Below, in pieces: positions 36,007 through 45,999 of a stretch of 63,933 bases of DNA (the first letter of the stretch is position 1; the number at the start of each line of letters is the position of its first letter). The position numbers and the translations under genes were made by a program. The notes under the pieces were generated by a model. That model saw only the letters and a list, made by a program, of their open reading frames with translations, made no database searches and was not told the origin of the DNA. Origin of the DNA: Thermodesulfovibrionales bacterium (lineage in GTDB: Bacteria; Nitrospirota; Thermodesulfovibrionia; Thermodesulfovibrionales; UBA6898); contig JBJKSM010000109.1 in assembly GCA_046704045.1 (NCBI GenBank), forward strand, positions 1-63,933, given 5' to 3'.

Positions 36007-37605
36007 CTACGCTCCCTTCGCCCCGTTCTCTCCGCCATCTTCCGCCAGCGGCAGATATATTTCAAAGCTCGTGCCCTTCTCCTTTTCCGTAATGATATCG
36101 ATGTATCCCTTGTGCTGTTCTATAATGCCGTATACGATCGCAAGTCCCAGACCGGTCCCCTTTCCTACTTCTTTAGTCGAGAAAAAGGGTTCGAATATCT
36201 TTTCCTTGATCTCCTCGTCAATGCCGACGCCGCTGTCCTCGACCGAGACGAGCGCGTACCTTCCCGGTTGTATGAGCGGCCGGCCGCCCCCGATGTCGTT
36301 AATTATTGCAGGTTCGGTCCGGATTGTCAAAATTCCACCGTCCGGCATGGCGTCGCGTGCATTCGTACAGAGGTTCATAAGAACCTGCTCCATCTGGACC
36401 GCATCGGCGGCTACGAACAGTCCGCCCTCCGAGAGGGAAAGCCTCACCTCGATATTTTCACCTGCGATGCTGGCGAGAATCGGCCTCAACCTTCTTATCA
36501 GGTAGTCCAGATCAACGACCTTCATCCGTATCGTCTGGATCCTGCTGAACGCTATGAGACTGCCGATGAGGTTCTTGGCCTTGTTGAGGGAGTTGTGTAT
36601 CTGCTCCGTATATTGCCGCAGCGGGCCTCGATCGATAAACTTCTTTTCGAGGATATAGATCGACCCGCGGACAGTAGAGAGGATGTTATTGAAGTCATGG
36701 GCGATTCCACGCGCAAGCGTTCCCACCGCCTCCATCTTCTGCGCATACCTCAGCTTTTCTTCAAGGGCTTCTTTTTCCTCCTGTCTCTTCTGCAGATTCT
36801 CCGACATGGCGTTGAACGTGGCGGCGAGTTTCCCGATCTCGTCATTTGACTCCACAGGCACTTCTCCAACGTCTTCCCCCATGCCGAGGCGCCTCGCCGC
36901 CTCATTGAGACTGGTGAGAGGTCTCGTCGCGCGGCGGATCGATATGTAGATCACCACTGCACTCAATACAAGAAACAGGACAGCGATCACAGCGCTCCTG
37001 AAAAGGACCGCTTTCATCTTTTCGTCGAGGACCCTCTTGTCCATCACCACCCTGACATACCCTATGACTTCCTGCTTCCCTCGTGAGCTTCCACCCGGAA
37101 AATAGAGCGCTTCATCGGGGTTCTCCGGCGTTTCCATAATCACCGGAGAAACTATCGAAATCGTATCGAGTCCCTCGATCACCTTCGTGGACCGCTCCCC
37201 TGAGAATAACCCCATCCGCATTTCATCCGGGGAAAGAAGTACGCCCGGCTTCTCATGTCGCTTTTCTTCGATGAGAAGCGCCCTGTTGCCGGCTGTGAAT
37301 ATTGCAACGGAAAGGACATTTTTCTGGCTCATAATGCCCTGCACCGAGTCTTTTACCAAGTCCCTGTTTTCGGCAAAGACCCCGGTAGTCGAGCTGTATG
37401 CCATCAGTCCTGCAAGCATCCGGCCCTCCCTGACAAGGTCTTCCCTGACAATCTTTCTCTCGTATGCCACAAAGAAGAGCGTGAAGATCAGAAAAACTAT
37501 CATGATAGAAATCGCGAAGGACCTGAACACCCTCACGCTGAAACTCTCTTTCAGGCTGCTGCGGAACTCCCGGTATTTCGCTCTCATCTTTTCAGTAGAC
37601 ATCAT
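36007..37605 (-). CDS. Sensor histidine kinase (two TM helices, periplasmic domain, HAMP, HisKA, HATPase_c)
   Basis: H-box AHDFNNILSTV, N box and G boxes (DSGVGI, GTGLGLA), and a HAMP-like segment after TM2. Confidence 0.9.
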   Translation of the reverse strand: MMSTEKMRAKYREFRSSLKESFSVRVFRSFAISIMIVFLIFTLFFVAYERKIVREDLVREGRMLAGLMAYSSTTGVFAENRDLVKDSVQGIMSQKNVLSVAIFTAGNRALLIEEKRHEKPGVLLSPDEMRMGLFSGERSTKVIEGLDTISIVSPVIMETPENPDEALYFPGGSSRGKQEVIGYVRVVMDKRVLDEKMKAVLFRSAVIAVLFLVLSAVVIYISIRRATRPLTSLNEAARRLGMGEDVGEVPVESNDEIGKLAATFNAMSENLQKRQEEKEALEEKLRYAQKMEAVGTLARGIAHDFNNILSTVRGSIYILEKKFIDRGPLRQYTEQIHNSLNKAKNLIGSLIAFSRIQTIRMKVVDLDYLIRRLRPILASIAGENIEVRLSLSEGGLFVAADAVQMEQVLMNLCTNARDAMPDGGILTIRTEPAIINDIGGGRPLIQPGRYALVSVEDSGVGIDEEIKEKIFEPFFSTKEVGKGTGLGLAIVYGIIEQHKGYIDIITEKEKGTSFEIYLPLAEDGGENGAKGA

Positions 37606-38491
37606 CGGCCCTTTTCAGTATGTCATCCCTGATACTGATACCTAATTTCGCTGCAACAGTCCGGTTGATCGAAAGAACCGTCTTTCTCGCCTCCTGCCGT
37701 ATGGGCGTCCGGCCGTTCTGCCCCTTCGAAAGCCTCTTCGCCATCTCGCCTGTCTGCACGCCTATGTCGAAGGGAACTATATCCAGCGCGGCCAGGGCGC
37801 CCATCTCGACATACTTGTTCGAGAAGGTAAAAACAGGGACCTTATTCCGGAAGGAGAACAGGAGAAGGTACTTGACCGTTTCGGCGTTGATGACGGTGAC
37901 GTCCGGGAGCATCCAGAATGCGTCGATCTTCCCCCTCATCGCGTCTATAAGCGACGGGACATCCGACGGCCTGTCCGCTTCTTTCAGGACCAGTTGAATG
38001 CCGCGCTGCTGGCCGGCCCGGATCGCCTCACGGACAAAAACATCGGAGTATCTCGGATCGTAGATGATGCCGATGCGCCTTGCTCCCGGCAGGATATCGG
38101 CCATCATGCCGAAAAATTTCTCGGGAGAGATGTACATGCTGACGCCGGAAATATTCTTCCTGAGGGGCCCCGGGAATTCGAAGGGAAGGACCATCGTATA
38201 GATCACCGGCAGGTTCGCGACCGTCTGCGCCCGGCTGAAAGCGCCCATCCCTATCGCAAGGATCATATCAGGGTCAACTTCGGAGAGTTTCTTTGAGAAA
38301 CCGCCGGCCCCGACCTGCGTGAGGGGGACCTCGCTGACATTGCACCCGCAGGAGCTTTTGAACCCATTGAGCGCATCGTCATAAGGCTTGATGTCCGCGC
38401 TTTTCAGCACGACCACGTCGTTCGCCTGCGACCATACGGCTGGCAGAAGCAAAAGCACAGTGATGAGAAGAACTACCGCTTTCTTAAACAC
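37592..38491 (-). CDS. Periplasmic substrate-binding protein of the ABC_sub_bind (PF04392-like) type
   Basis: Signal peptide followed by a VVVLKS....YDDAL.GFK pattern and a type I periplasmic binding fold pattern. GTG start. The gene overlaps the kinase gene start. Confidence 0.65.
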   Translation of the reverse strand: MFKKAVVLLITVLLLLPAVWSQANDVVVLKSADIKPYDDALNGFKSSCGCNVSEVPLTQVGAGGFSKKLSEVDPDMILAIGMGAFSRAQTVANLPVIYTMVLPFEFPGPLRKNISGVSMYISPEKFFGMMADILPGARRIGIIYDPRYSDVFVREAIRAGQQRGIQLVLKEADRPSDVPSLIDAMRGKIDAFWMLPDVTVINAETVKYLLLFSFRNKVPVFTFSNKYVEMGALAALDIVPFDIGVQTGEMAKRLSKGQNGRTPIRQEARKTVLSINRTVAAKLGISIRDDILKRADDVY

Positions 38492-38627
38492 GATCCCCGG
38501 TCATCACATACACGTTAACATCTTTTCATATCCATATCCCGACCCCGGCATGTGATCAGCCCGGTCACTCATATGATAGCGGAAACGGGCATTTTCTACA
38601 ATCACTTTTTGCTGAGGAACGCCCCGA

Positions 38628-39932
38628 TCAGGAGGCGGTCAGGCCGTACTTTATGTCCTGCTTCACAAGCGCTTCCAGGCAGGCGTCGAAATAGGGTTTC
38701 CTGCAGTCTACGCCGTTCATGTTTCCGTCTCTGATGAATTTCATATACCTGCATCCGCCGAAGCAGAGCGGAAGATACGCACAATTCAGACACTCTTCGT
38801 TCTTCCAGTTGCCGAGGTTGTGCGACTCCCGGTAATCCCTGATGCCGTTCCATATGTCCCCCACGCAGAATTCCTTTCTGCCTATGAGACCGGGACATTT
38901 GTAGATACTGCCGTCGTAATTGATCAGAAGCCTATCCCTCATCTCCATCATGCACGGTGAGGGGGCGATCGCTGTCAGGCCAAACTCCCGCTTCAATATC
39001 TCTTCCCTGAGAAACAGGCTGGCCTCGTAAAACCACGATTCATTGAGACAGTCGCACCCTTCATGGAAATCCGGAGGCGCAATTCCCGAACGTTCACTTA
39101 GTACGGGGTCGAACCTCACCAGTGGAATTTTCTCAGGAGTCAATCCCTCGCCAATAAGATAATCGAGAAGAAGCGGCATTAAGCGATAGTTTTCCCTGGT
39201 GTAGTTGCCGCCCAACTGGATTTTGATTGTTCCGCAGACTTCTTTCACATTCCTCATGATAGAATCGAAAGACCCCTTGCCGGTTTTGAACGGCCTGAAG
39301 AGGTCATGAACATTCCCGGGGCCGTCGATAGTCACCGCAGCTTCTTTCAGCCCTAGCGCTTTCAGCCTGTGCGCGGTCTTGGCGCTCAGGAGCGTCCCGT
39401 TGGTTATAATATATCCATTATATCGCACCCCATTCCTTTCGGCTTCAGCCTTCAACTTCCCGGAAAGATATGCGATAAGCTCAAGGCTGAGGAGCGGCTC
39501 TCCTCCGTAAAAGGTAAATCTCCACTCTTCTTTCTGCAAAAAAATATCACCCCTCATAAAATCTACGATTCGGTCGGCGGTCTCCTTCGTCATATAGAAT
39601 CTGCCTTTTCTCCGGCCCTCGAAACAATAAGTGCAGGCGAGATTGCAGTCGAGGTTCATGACGATCTTGGCATGGAATACCCGGTCCATTTCATTGAGCT
39701 CTTCCATGAAGAGAAGTATTTCGCTTTTTTCTTCTTCGGTACTTACAAGAAAGCCGAGATCGATCAATGCCTCTCTTTCTTCCTGTGAAATGCCTCCGGC
39801 GGCTATATCTTCCAACATGGTTTCCGGCAGAATAACGGTTGACGCCTGCTTTGTGGAAAAAAGAACGACTGAACCCGGCGTTTCAAGGGAATAGATTTTG
39901 CAGTAGTTTGACAATTTCTCCATCGATGACAT
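38628..39932 (-). CDS. Radical SAM/SPASM-domain enzyme with an N-terminal extension positioned like an RRE domain (putative peptide maturase)
   Basis: CNLACTYC (CxxxCxxC) at residues 96-103, after an ~90-aa extension that sits where maturases carry a PqqD-like peptide-recognition (RRE) domain; that domain was not identified by sequence. The C-terminal auxiliary-cluster cysteines are CPGLIGRKEFC...ECLNCAYLPLCFGGCRY. An alternative start at 39923 has better RBS spacing. Confidence 0.85.
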   Translation of the reverse strand: MSSMEKLSNYCKIYSLETPGSVVLFSTKQASTVILPETMLEDIAAGGISQEEREALIDLGFLVSTEEEKSEILLFMEELNEMDRVFHAKIVMNLDCNLACTYCFEGRRKGRFYMTKETADRIVDFMRGDIFLQKEEWRFTFYGGEPLLSLELIAYLSGKLKAEAERNGVRYNGYIITNGTLLSAKTAHRLKALGLKEAAVTIDGPGNVHDLFRPFKTGKGSFDSIMRNVKEVCGTIKIQLGGNYTRENYRLMPLLLDYLIGEGLTPEKIPLVRFDPVLSERSGIAPPDFHEGCDCLNESWFYEASLFLREEILKREFGLTAIAPSPCMMEMRDRLLINYDGSIYKCPGLIGRKEFCVGDIWNGIRDYRESHNLGNWKNEECLNCAYLPLCFGGCRYMKFIRDGNMNGVDCRKPYFDACLEALVKQDIKYGLTAS

Positions 39933-39944
39933 CCCTTAACAGGC

Positions 39945-39966
39945 AAAGGGGAGGCTTTGCCTCCCC
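39945..39966 (-). terminator. Intercistronic hairpin (partial terminator or attenuator) between the peptide gene and the maturase
   Basis: On the minus strand GGGGAGGC-AAA-GCCTCCCC is followed by TTTG. It starts 18 nt after the peptide stop codon. Confidence 0.55.
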
Positions 39967-39983
39967 TCGATCAAATAAAGCAG

Positions 39984-40088
39984 CTATCCGAGTTTGCTCA
40001 CCCCTGCCCCGGCCGTATTGCAGCAGGCTCCGCTCGCCAGCTCTTTCTTCGAAACTCCCATGCGTACCACGATGATCCTTCCTTTCAT
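39984..40088 (-). CDS. 34-aa candidate RiPP precursor peptide MKGRIIVVRMGVSKKELASGACCNTAGAGVSKLG
   Basis: Not in the ORF track (under 60 aa). GGAGG lies 8 nt before the ATG at 40088 and the TAG stop is at 39984-39986. It is located directly upstream of the rSAM/SPASM gene on the same strand. Confidence 0.6.
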   Translation of the reverse strand: MKGRIIVVRMGVSKKELASGACCNTAGAGVSKLG

Positions 40089-40141
40089 AGTCCTTACCTC
40101 CATTTCTACAAAAAATTATCCCCCAAAAGGGGATTTCGGGA

Positions 40142-42004
40142 TTAAAACCTGTATCTTACACCCGCCTCTATCCATCGGCTGGCGTTTTCATACACCGGAA
40201 ATACATACTGCCGGCCGTCGAATATATTGTGTCCCGCTACAAATACTTCGGTTATATTGCCCCTGCTCCTGCAAACGTCCTTTATCAGGTTGAGATCGAA
40301 GATCATCGAGCTGTATTTGGCGTTCCAGAAGGGTTCAAGGTTCCACCACACATACCTGCCTTTCAGAAGCGCCCTGAAGGATTTTTTGTCGTCGTATTTG
40401 AGGCCGATATCGTAAGTGTAAGTCGGTACCCCTTTTACGGTCTGCCCGGTATCAGGGTTTTCAGTGTGCATGAATGTCGCACCGGCAGACAGTACAAAGT
40501 TATATACCGGGACTGTTTTCATCTCGACTTCGATGCCCTGGCGCCTCTCCTTATTCAGGTTTACATTTGTCCACGTGCTATTCGCGGAATCCAGAGGAAT
40601 GTTATTTATAGCGTCCTTTATATCGTGCCTGAAACCGGAAACCTTAAGCCAGACATATTTCAGAATTCCGGTCTCAACTCCAGCCTGATAAGACCAGACC
40701 CTCTCCGGTCTCAGGTCGGGATTTGGTATGAAGGTGGGATCTATCGAGTCGGTCTGGTCGAGAGCAGGCAGACTGAAACCCCTGGCAACATACGCCCTCA
40801 GCAGGACGTCCTTTGTCAATTCGTAGGTCGCTCCAAGACTCGGGCTGGTAAAACTCCGAAAGAGATTGGAATCATCATACCTCATGCCGGGAATAATAGA
40901 TAACTTGCCGAGAACAATCGTATCGTTGACATAGACCGCCTCTGTCCTGAGCTTTTTTTCTCCGAGAGAATAAAAATTATATTTCGAGGAACCGTCGTTG
41001 TAATCTGTTCCGATGACAACAGTATGGATTTCATGACTCCATACCATCTTCGCCGTGGCTCCATATTTACGGTCATCCAGGTGGACCAGTGAGACGTCAT
41101 CGGCAAAGTTGTTCTGCCTCAACCTCACTGTCCACAGAGACAGATCAAGAGCAACTTCTTTGCTTAAAGAACTATGAAGTGAGAGGCTTGAGATAAGGTC
41201 CTCGAACTTGTCATTGTAATTGACGCCGTCTCCCCAATCTCCCTCGCCCCTGTTGCCCTTCATGTATGCCAGAGTAAAAAGGACTTGAGTCACATTAGAG
41301 AGATCGTAAGAAAGTTTCGCATAAACGTTATCGTTTGCGCCATCCTGCATCGGCCTCAAACCGTCTGTCTGCAGCCTCCCGGCGTTGAGGTAATACCCGA
41401 AATCCTTGATCTTGCCGTACACCTCGCCCCTGAAGTCACCGGTGTCTTTTTTCCCGTAAGAGGCGGAAAGCGTGCCGTCTGCTTTCTCCTTGCCCGGCGT
41501 TTTAGTGATAATATTGATCACACCGCCCAGGGACGACCCCCACGAGGATGATGCAGGGCCTTTGATAATCTCGATCTTTTCGATATTCTGGACCGGGATG
41601 TCGTTCACTGCAGATCCATTCGTAGCAAGATAATTCATCGGCACGCCGTCCATGAAGACGGCGACATGTTTGATATCCGATCCCTCAATCAGGACATTTG
41701 CCGGGCTGCCGGGGCTTGCTCCTGCAAACCAGACCTGCACACCGTTGACGGTATTCAATACATCGGCCAATGTGTGGGCGTTCATCAGTTCTATATCTTT
41801 CGCGGTGACCACCTCCATGTTTTCAGCTACGCGATTGATCGACTGAAGGCTCCTTGTTGCCGAAATCACCTGCAGCTCCTGATCGGTGAAGTACATGCTG
41901 AGGAAACTCTTCTCTTCTGGAGACATCGCGGCATAAACAATGGTAGACACGAAAATAAACGCTAACAGACAAGCGAAGATTATTACAAACTTACGACAAC
42001 CCAT
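40142..42004 (-). CDS. TonB-dependent outer-membrane receptor
   Basis: Signal peptide, plug domain (VVTAKDIELMNAHTLADVLNTVNGV, IKGPASSSWGSSLGGVINIITK) and a beta-barrel ending ...GVRYRF. Confidence 0.92.
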   Translation of the reverse strand: MGCRKFVIIFACLLAFIFVSTIVYAAMSPEEKSFLSMYFTDQELQVISATRSLQSINRVAENMEVVTAKDIELMNAHTLADVLNTVNGVQVWFAGASPGSPANVLIEGSDIKHVAVFMDGVPMNYLATNGSAVNDIPVQNIEKIEIIKGPASSSWGSSLGGVINIITKTPGKEKADGTLSASYGKKDTGDFRGEVYGKIKDFGYYLNAGRLQTDGLRPMQDGANDNVYAKLSYDLSNVTQVLFTLAYMKGNRGEGDWGDGVNYNDKFEDLISSLSLHSSLSKEVALDLSLWTVRLRQNNFADDVSLVHLDDRKYGATAKMVWSHEIHTVVIGTDYNDGSSKYNFYSLGEKKLRTEAVYVNDTIVLGKLSIIPGMRYDDSNLFRSFTSPSLGATYELTKDVLLRAYVARGFSLPALDQTDSIDPTFIPNPDLRPERVWSYQAGVETGILKYVWLKVSGFRHDIKDAINNIPLDSANSTWTNVNLNKERRQGIEVEMKTVPVYNFVLSAGATFMHTENPDTGQTVKGVPTYTYDIGLKYDDKKSFRALLKGRYVWWNLEPFWNAKYSSMIFDLNLIKDVCRSRGNITEVFVAGHNIFDGRQYVFPVYENASRWIEAGVRYRF

Positions 42005-42111
42005 CTGCTACCCCCAAAAACTGAGTATTAAAAAAATTGCAACAGTATATTCTATTTGGCGCGAAATTGTCCATAAAAAAAGGCTCTGAATCGAGATATT
42101 CCGGGCCTCCC

Positions 42112-42126
42112 GCGACGCAGATGCCA
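42112..42126 (-). promoter_or_regulatory. Candidate sigma-54 promoter upstream of the TonB-dependent receptor
   Basis: The minus strand reads TGGCAT-CTGCG-TCGC with correct GG-N10-GC spacing, about 110 nt upstream of the receptor ATG. The -12 element is imperfect. Confidence 0.35.
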
Positions 42127-42293
42127 CGGTCCGGGTGTTTATACCAAACTCTCTTTTCCAAATGAGATAAGCACAATTGAAGGGAATCCGACAAGTCCTC
42201 CCATGATGCATCACAGACCCGATACATCGAATGTTATCTGTGATAGGATATTGGAACAAGAGATCCTGTTATTAAGGGTCTCGAAGCAATTGG

Positions 42294-43052
42294 GTGGAGG
42301 AGTTATGGGGAAAAAGACTGAGCCTCGACGACGCTATCTGCTTCGATTGCAGCGAGCGACTGCCGTGTTTCGGGAAATGCTGCACAAGCGCTCCCAATAT
42401 CTGGCTAACCCCGTACGACATTATCAGGATCAAGAATAACCTCGCCGTCGGATCGAGAGATTTTCTCCGCAGCTATACGGAAACCGCGTACCCGCCGGAG
42501 GCAGGCTATCCTACCATATGGGTGAAGCGGAGGTCTGACGCCGACAGGAGCTGCCCTTTCTCAACCGACAAGGGATGCGCTGTTTACGCAGACAGGCCCT
42601 GGGTATGCAGGATATTTCCGCTTGTACCGATCTGGACTGATGGCAGGCCGGCGCCTTGCGCAGACGAATCCGAGCCTCTGTTTACTTTTAACAGAGTCGG
42701 TTACTGCCGCGGATTCAACAGCCTCGCCAATATTTCAATAAGGCAATGGAGGGAGAGACAGGGTCTTATTATCTATGAAGAAATAAATGCGCGATGGAAA
42801 ATGCTGACACACCACCGGAACTTTCCGACTCGCAATTTCCTCGAAGGTCCCGATGCCGAGATTTTCTTTACGGGCTGTTACGACATCGATGAATTCAGAA
42901 AGATCGCCTTGGAGCAAGGGCTTCTGAAAGTTTACGCCGCGGAAAATAACGCCTGTGAGAACAGCCTCGATGACGCCGACCTTCTGAAGATCTCCCTCAG
43001 ATGGCTCCTTCGTGTCATGTTCGGCGAAAATATCCCGCGGCCGGGAAGATAA
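42294..43052 (+). CDS. YkgJ-family cysteine-cluster protein (CxxCxxCC domain)
   Basis: CFDCSERLPCFGKCC...LTPYDIIRI and CPF....GCAVYADRPWVCRIFP are hallmarks of the PF03692-type family. Confidence 0.8.
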   Translation: MEELWGKRLSLDDAICFDCSERLPCFGKCCTSAPNIWLTPYDIIRIKNNLAVGSRDFLRSYTETAYPPEAGYPTIWVKRRSDADRSCPFSTDKGCAVYADRPWVCRIFPLVPIWTDGRPAPCADESEPLFTFNRVGYCRGFNSLANISIRQWRERQGLIIYEEINARWKMLTHHRNFPTRNFLEGPDAEIFFTGCYDIDEFRKIALEQGLLKVYAAENNACENSLDDADLLKISLRWLLRVMFGENIPRPGR

Positions 43053-43074
43053 ATCTCTTCCCTTTGGACTGCAT

Positions 43075-43103
43075 AAAAAAAGGGCCTGCAACCCTGCAGA
43101 CCC
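43075..43103 (-). terminator. Rho-independent terminator after atpC
   Basis: On the minus strand GGGTCTGCAG-ggt-TGCAGGCCC is followed by TTTTTTT. It may also serve the convergent ykgJ-like gene. Confidence 0.75.
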
Positions 43104-43132
43104 TTTCCTCTATCAATCCACAGGGGCTCAGT

Positions 43133-43546
43133 TTACTTCGGCCTTCTCGCCTCCACGATCTGGGTTCTGGTCATCGCCCTTTCGAGAGCAGACTCCGCCC
43201 TTGCAAAATCGACGTCTGCGGCCTTCCTGAGCCTCTCCTCCGCCCTCTTCATCGCAGCCTTTGCGCGTTCGACATCGATGTCCTCCGCCCGCTCGGCGCT
43301 GTCCGCAAGGATCATTACCTTCTCGGGCCCGGCCTCGGCATACCCCCAGTTCACGAAGAAGTACTTTGTCTCGCTCCCCTTCTTGCACGCGAGAATGCCG
43401 ATCTTCAGCGTGGTAACGAACGGGACGTGCCCGGGAAGGACCCCGAACTCGCCTTCGCCTCCGCTGGCGTTGACTTCGTCAACCTCTTCGCTGAAGACCA
43501 GACCCTGGGGCGTAACTATTTCAAGAAGAAGTTTCCCTTCAGCCAT
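43133..43546 (-). CDS. atpC: ATP synthase F1 epsilon subunit
   Basis: 137 aa. The L.IVTP.......V..V...G..G.FG.LPGH pattern and its operon position fit AtpC. Confidence 0.92.
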   Translation of the reverse strand: MAEGKLLLEIVTPQGLVFSEEVDEVNASGGEGEFGVLPGHVPFVTTLKIGILACKKGSETKYFFVNWGYAEAGPEKVMILADSAERAEDIDVERAKAAMKRAEERLRKAADVDFARAESALERAMTRTQIVEARRPK

Positions 43547-43551
43547 TATCC

Positions 43552-45919
<2,368 letters not shown>

Positions 45920-45958
45920 TTTCTTCCTTTACCCTAATGAGAGTTGCGTACCGAGGAT

Positions 45959-45993
45959 TTCTCCTTCCTCATTTCTCACTATTCACTTTTCGC
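45959..45993. repeat. Single-arm heptad array of the GTGAA family (copy D)
   Basis: TTCTCCT TCCTCAT TTCTCAC TATTCAC TTTTCGC lies in the atpA-atpG gap. On the mRNA strand it reads GCGAAAA GTGAATA GTGAGAA ATGAGGA. Confidence 0.55.
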
Positions 45994-45999
45994 CTGCCT

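Noticed and set aside
38492-38627. Sigma-54 promoter, or an additional small ORF, in the gap between the maturase and the binding-protein gene.
   Set aside because: There is no TGGCA-N6-TGC-like element. Only a weak sigma-70-like TTGTAG-N17-TATCAT and an imperfect ATGTGAT inverted repeat are present. No RBS-preceded small ORF was seen.
38628-39932. The radical SAM/SPASM protein as an anaerobic sulfatase-maturating enzyme serving the FGE/sulfatase-related gene at 1465-2238.
   Set aside because: The CxxxCxxC motif sits about 95 residues from the N-terminus, behind an extra domain. The gene is 36 kb from the FGE-domain gene, no sulfatase is nearby, and a short Cys-containing ORF lies immediately upstream.
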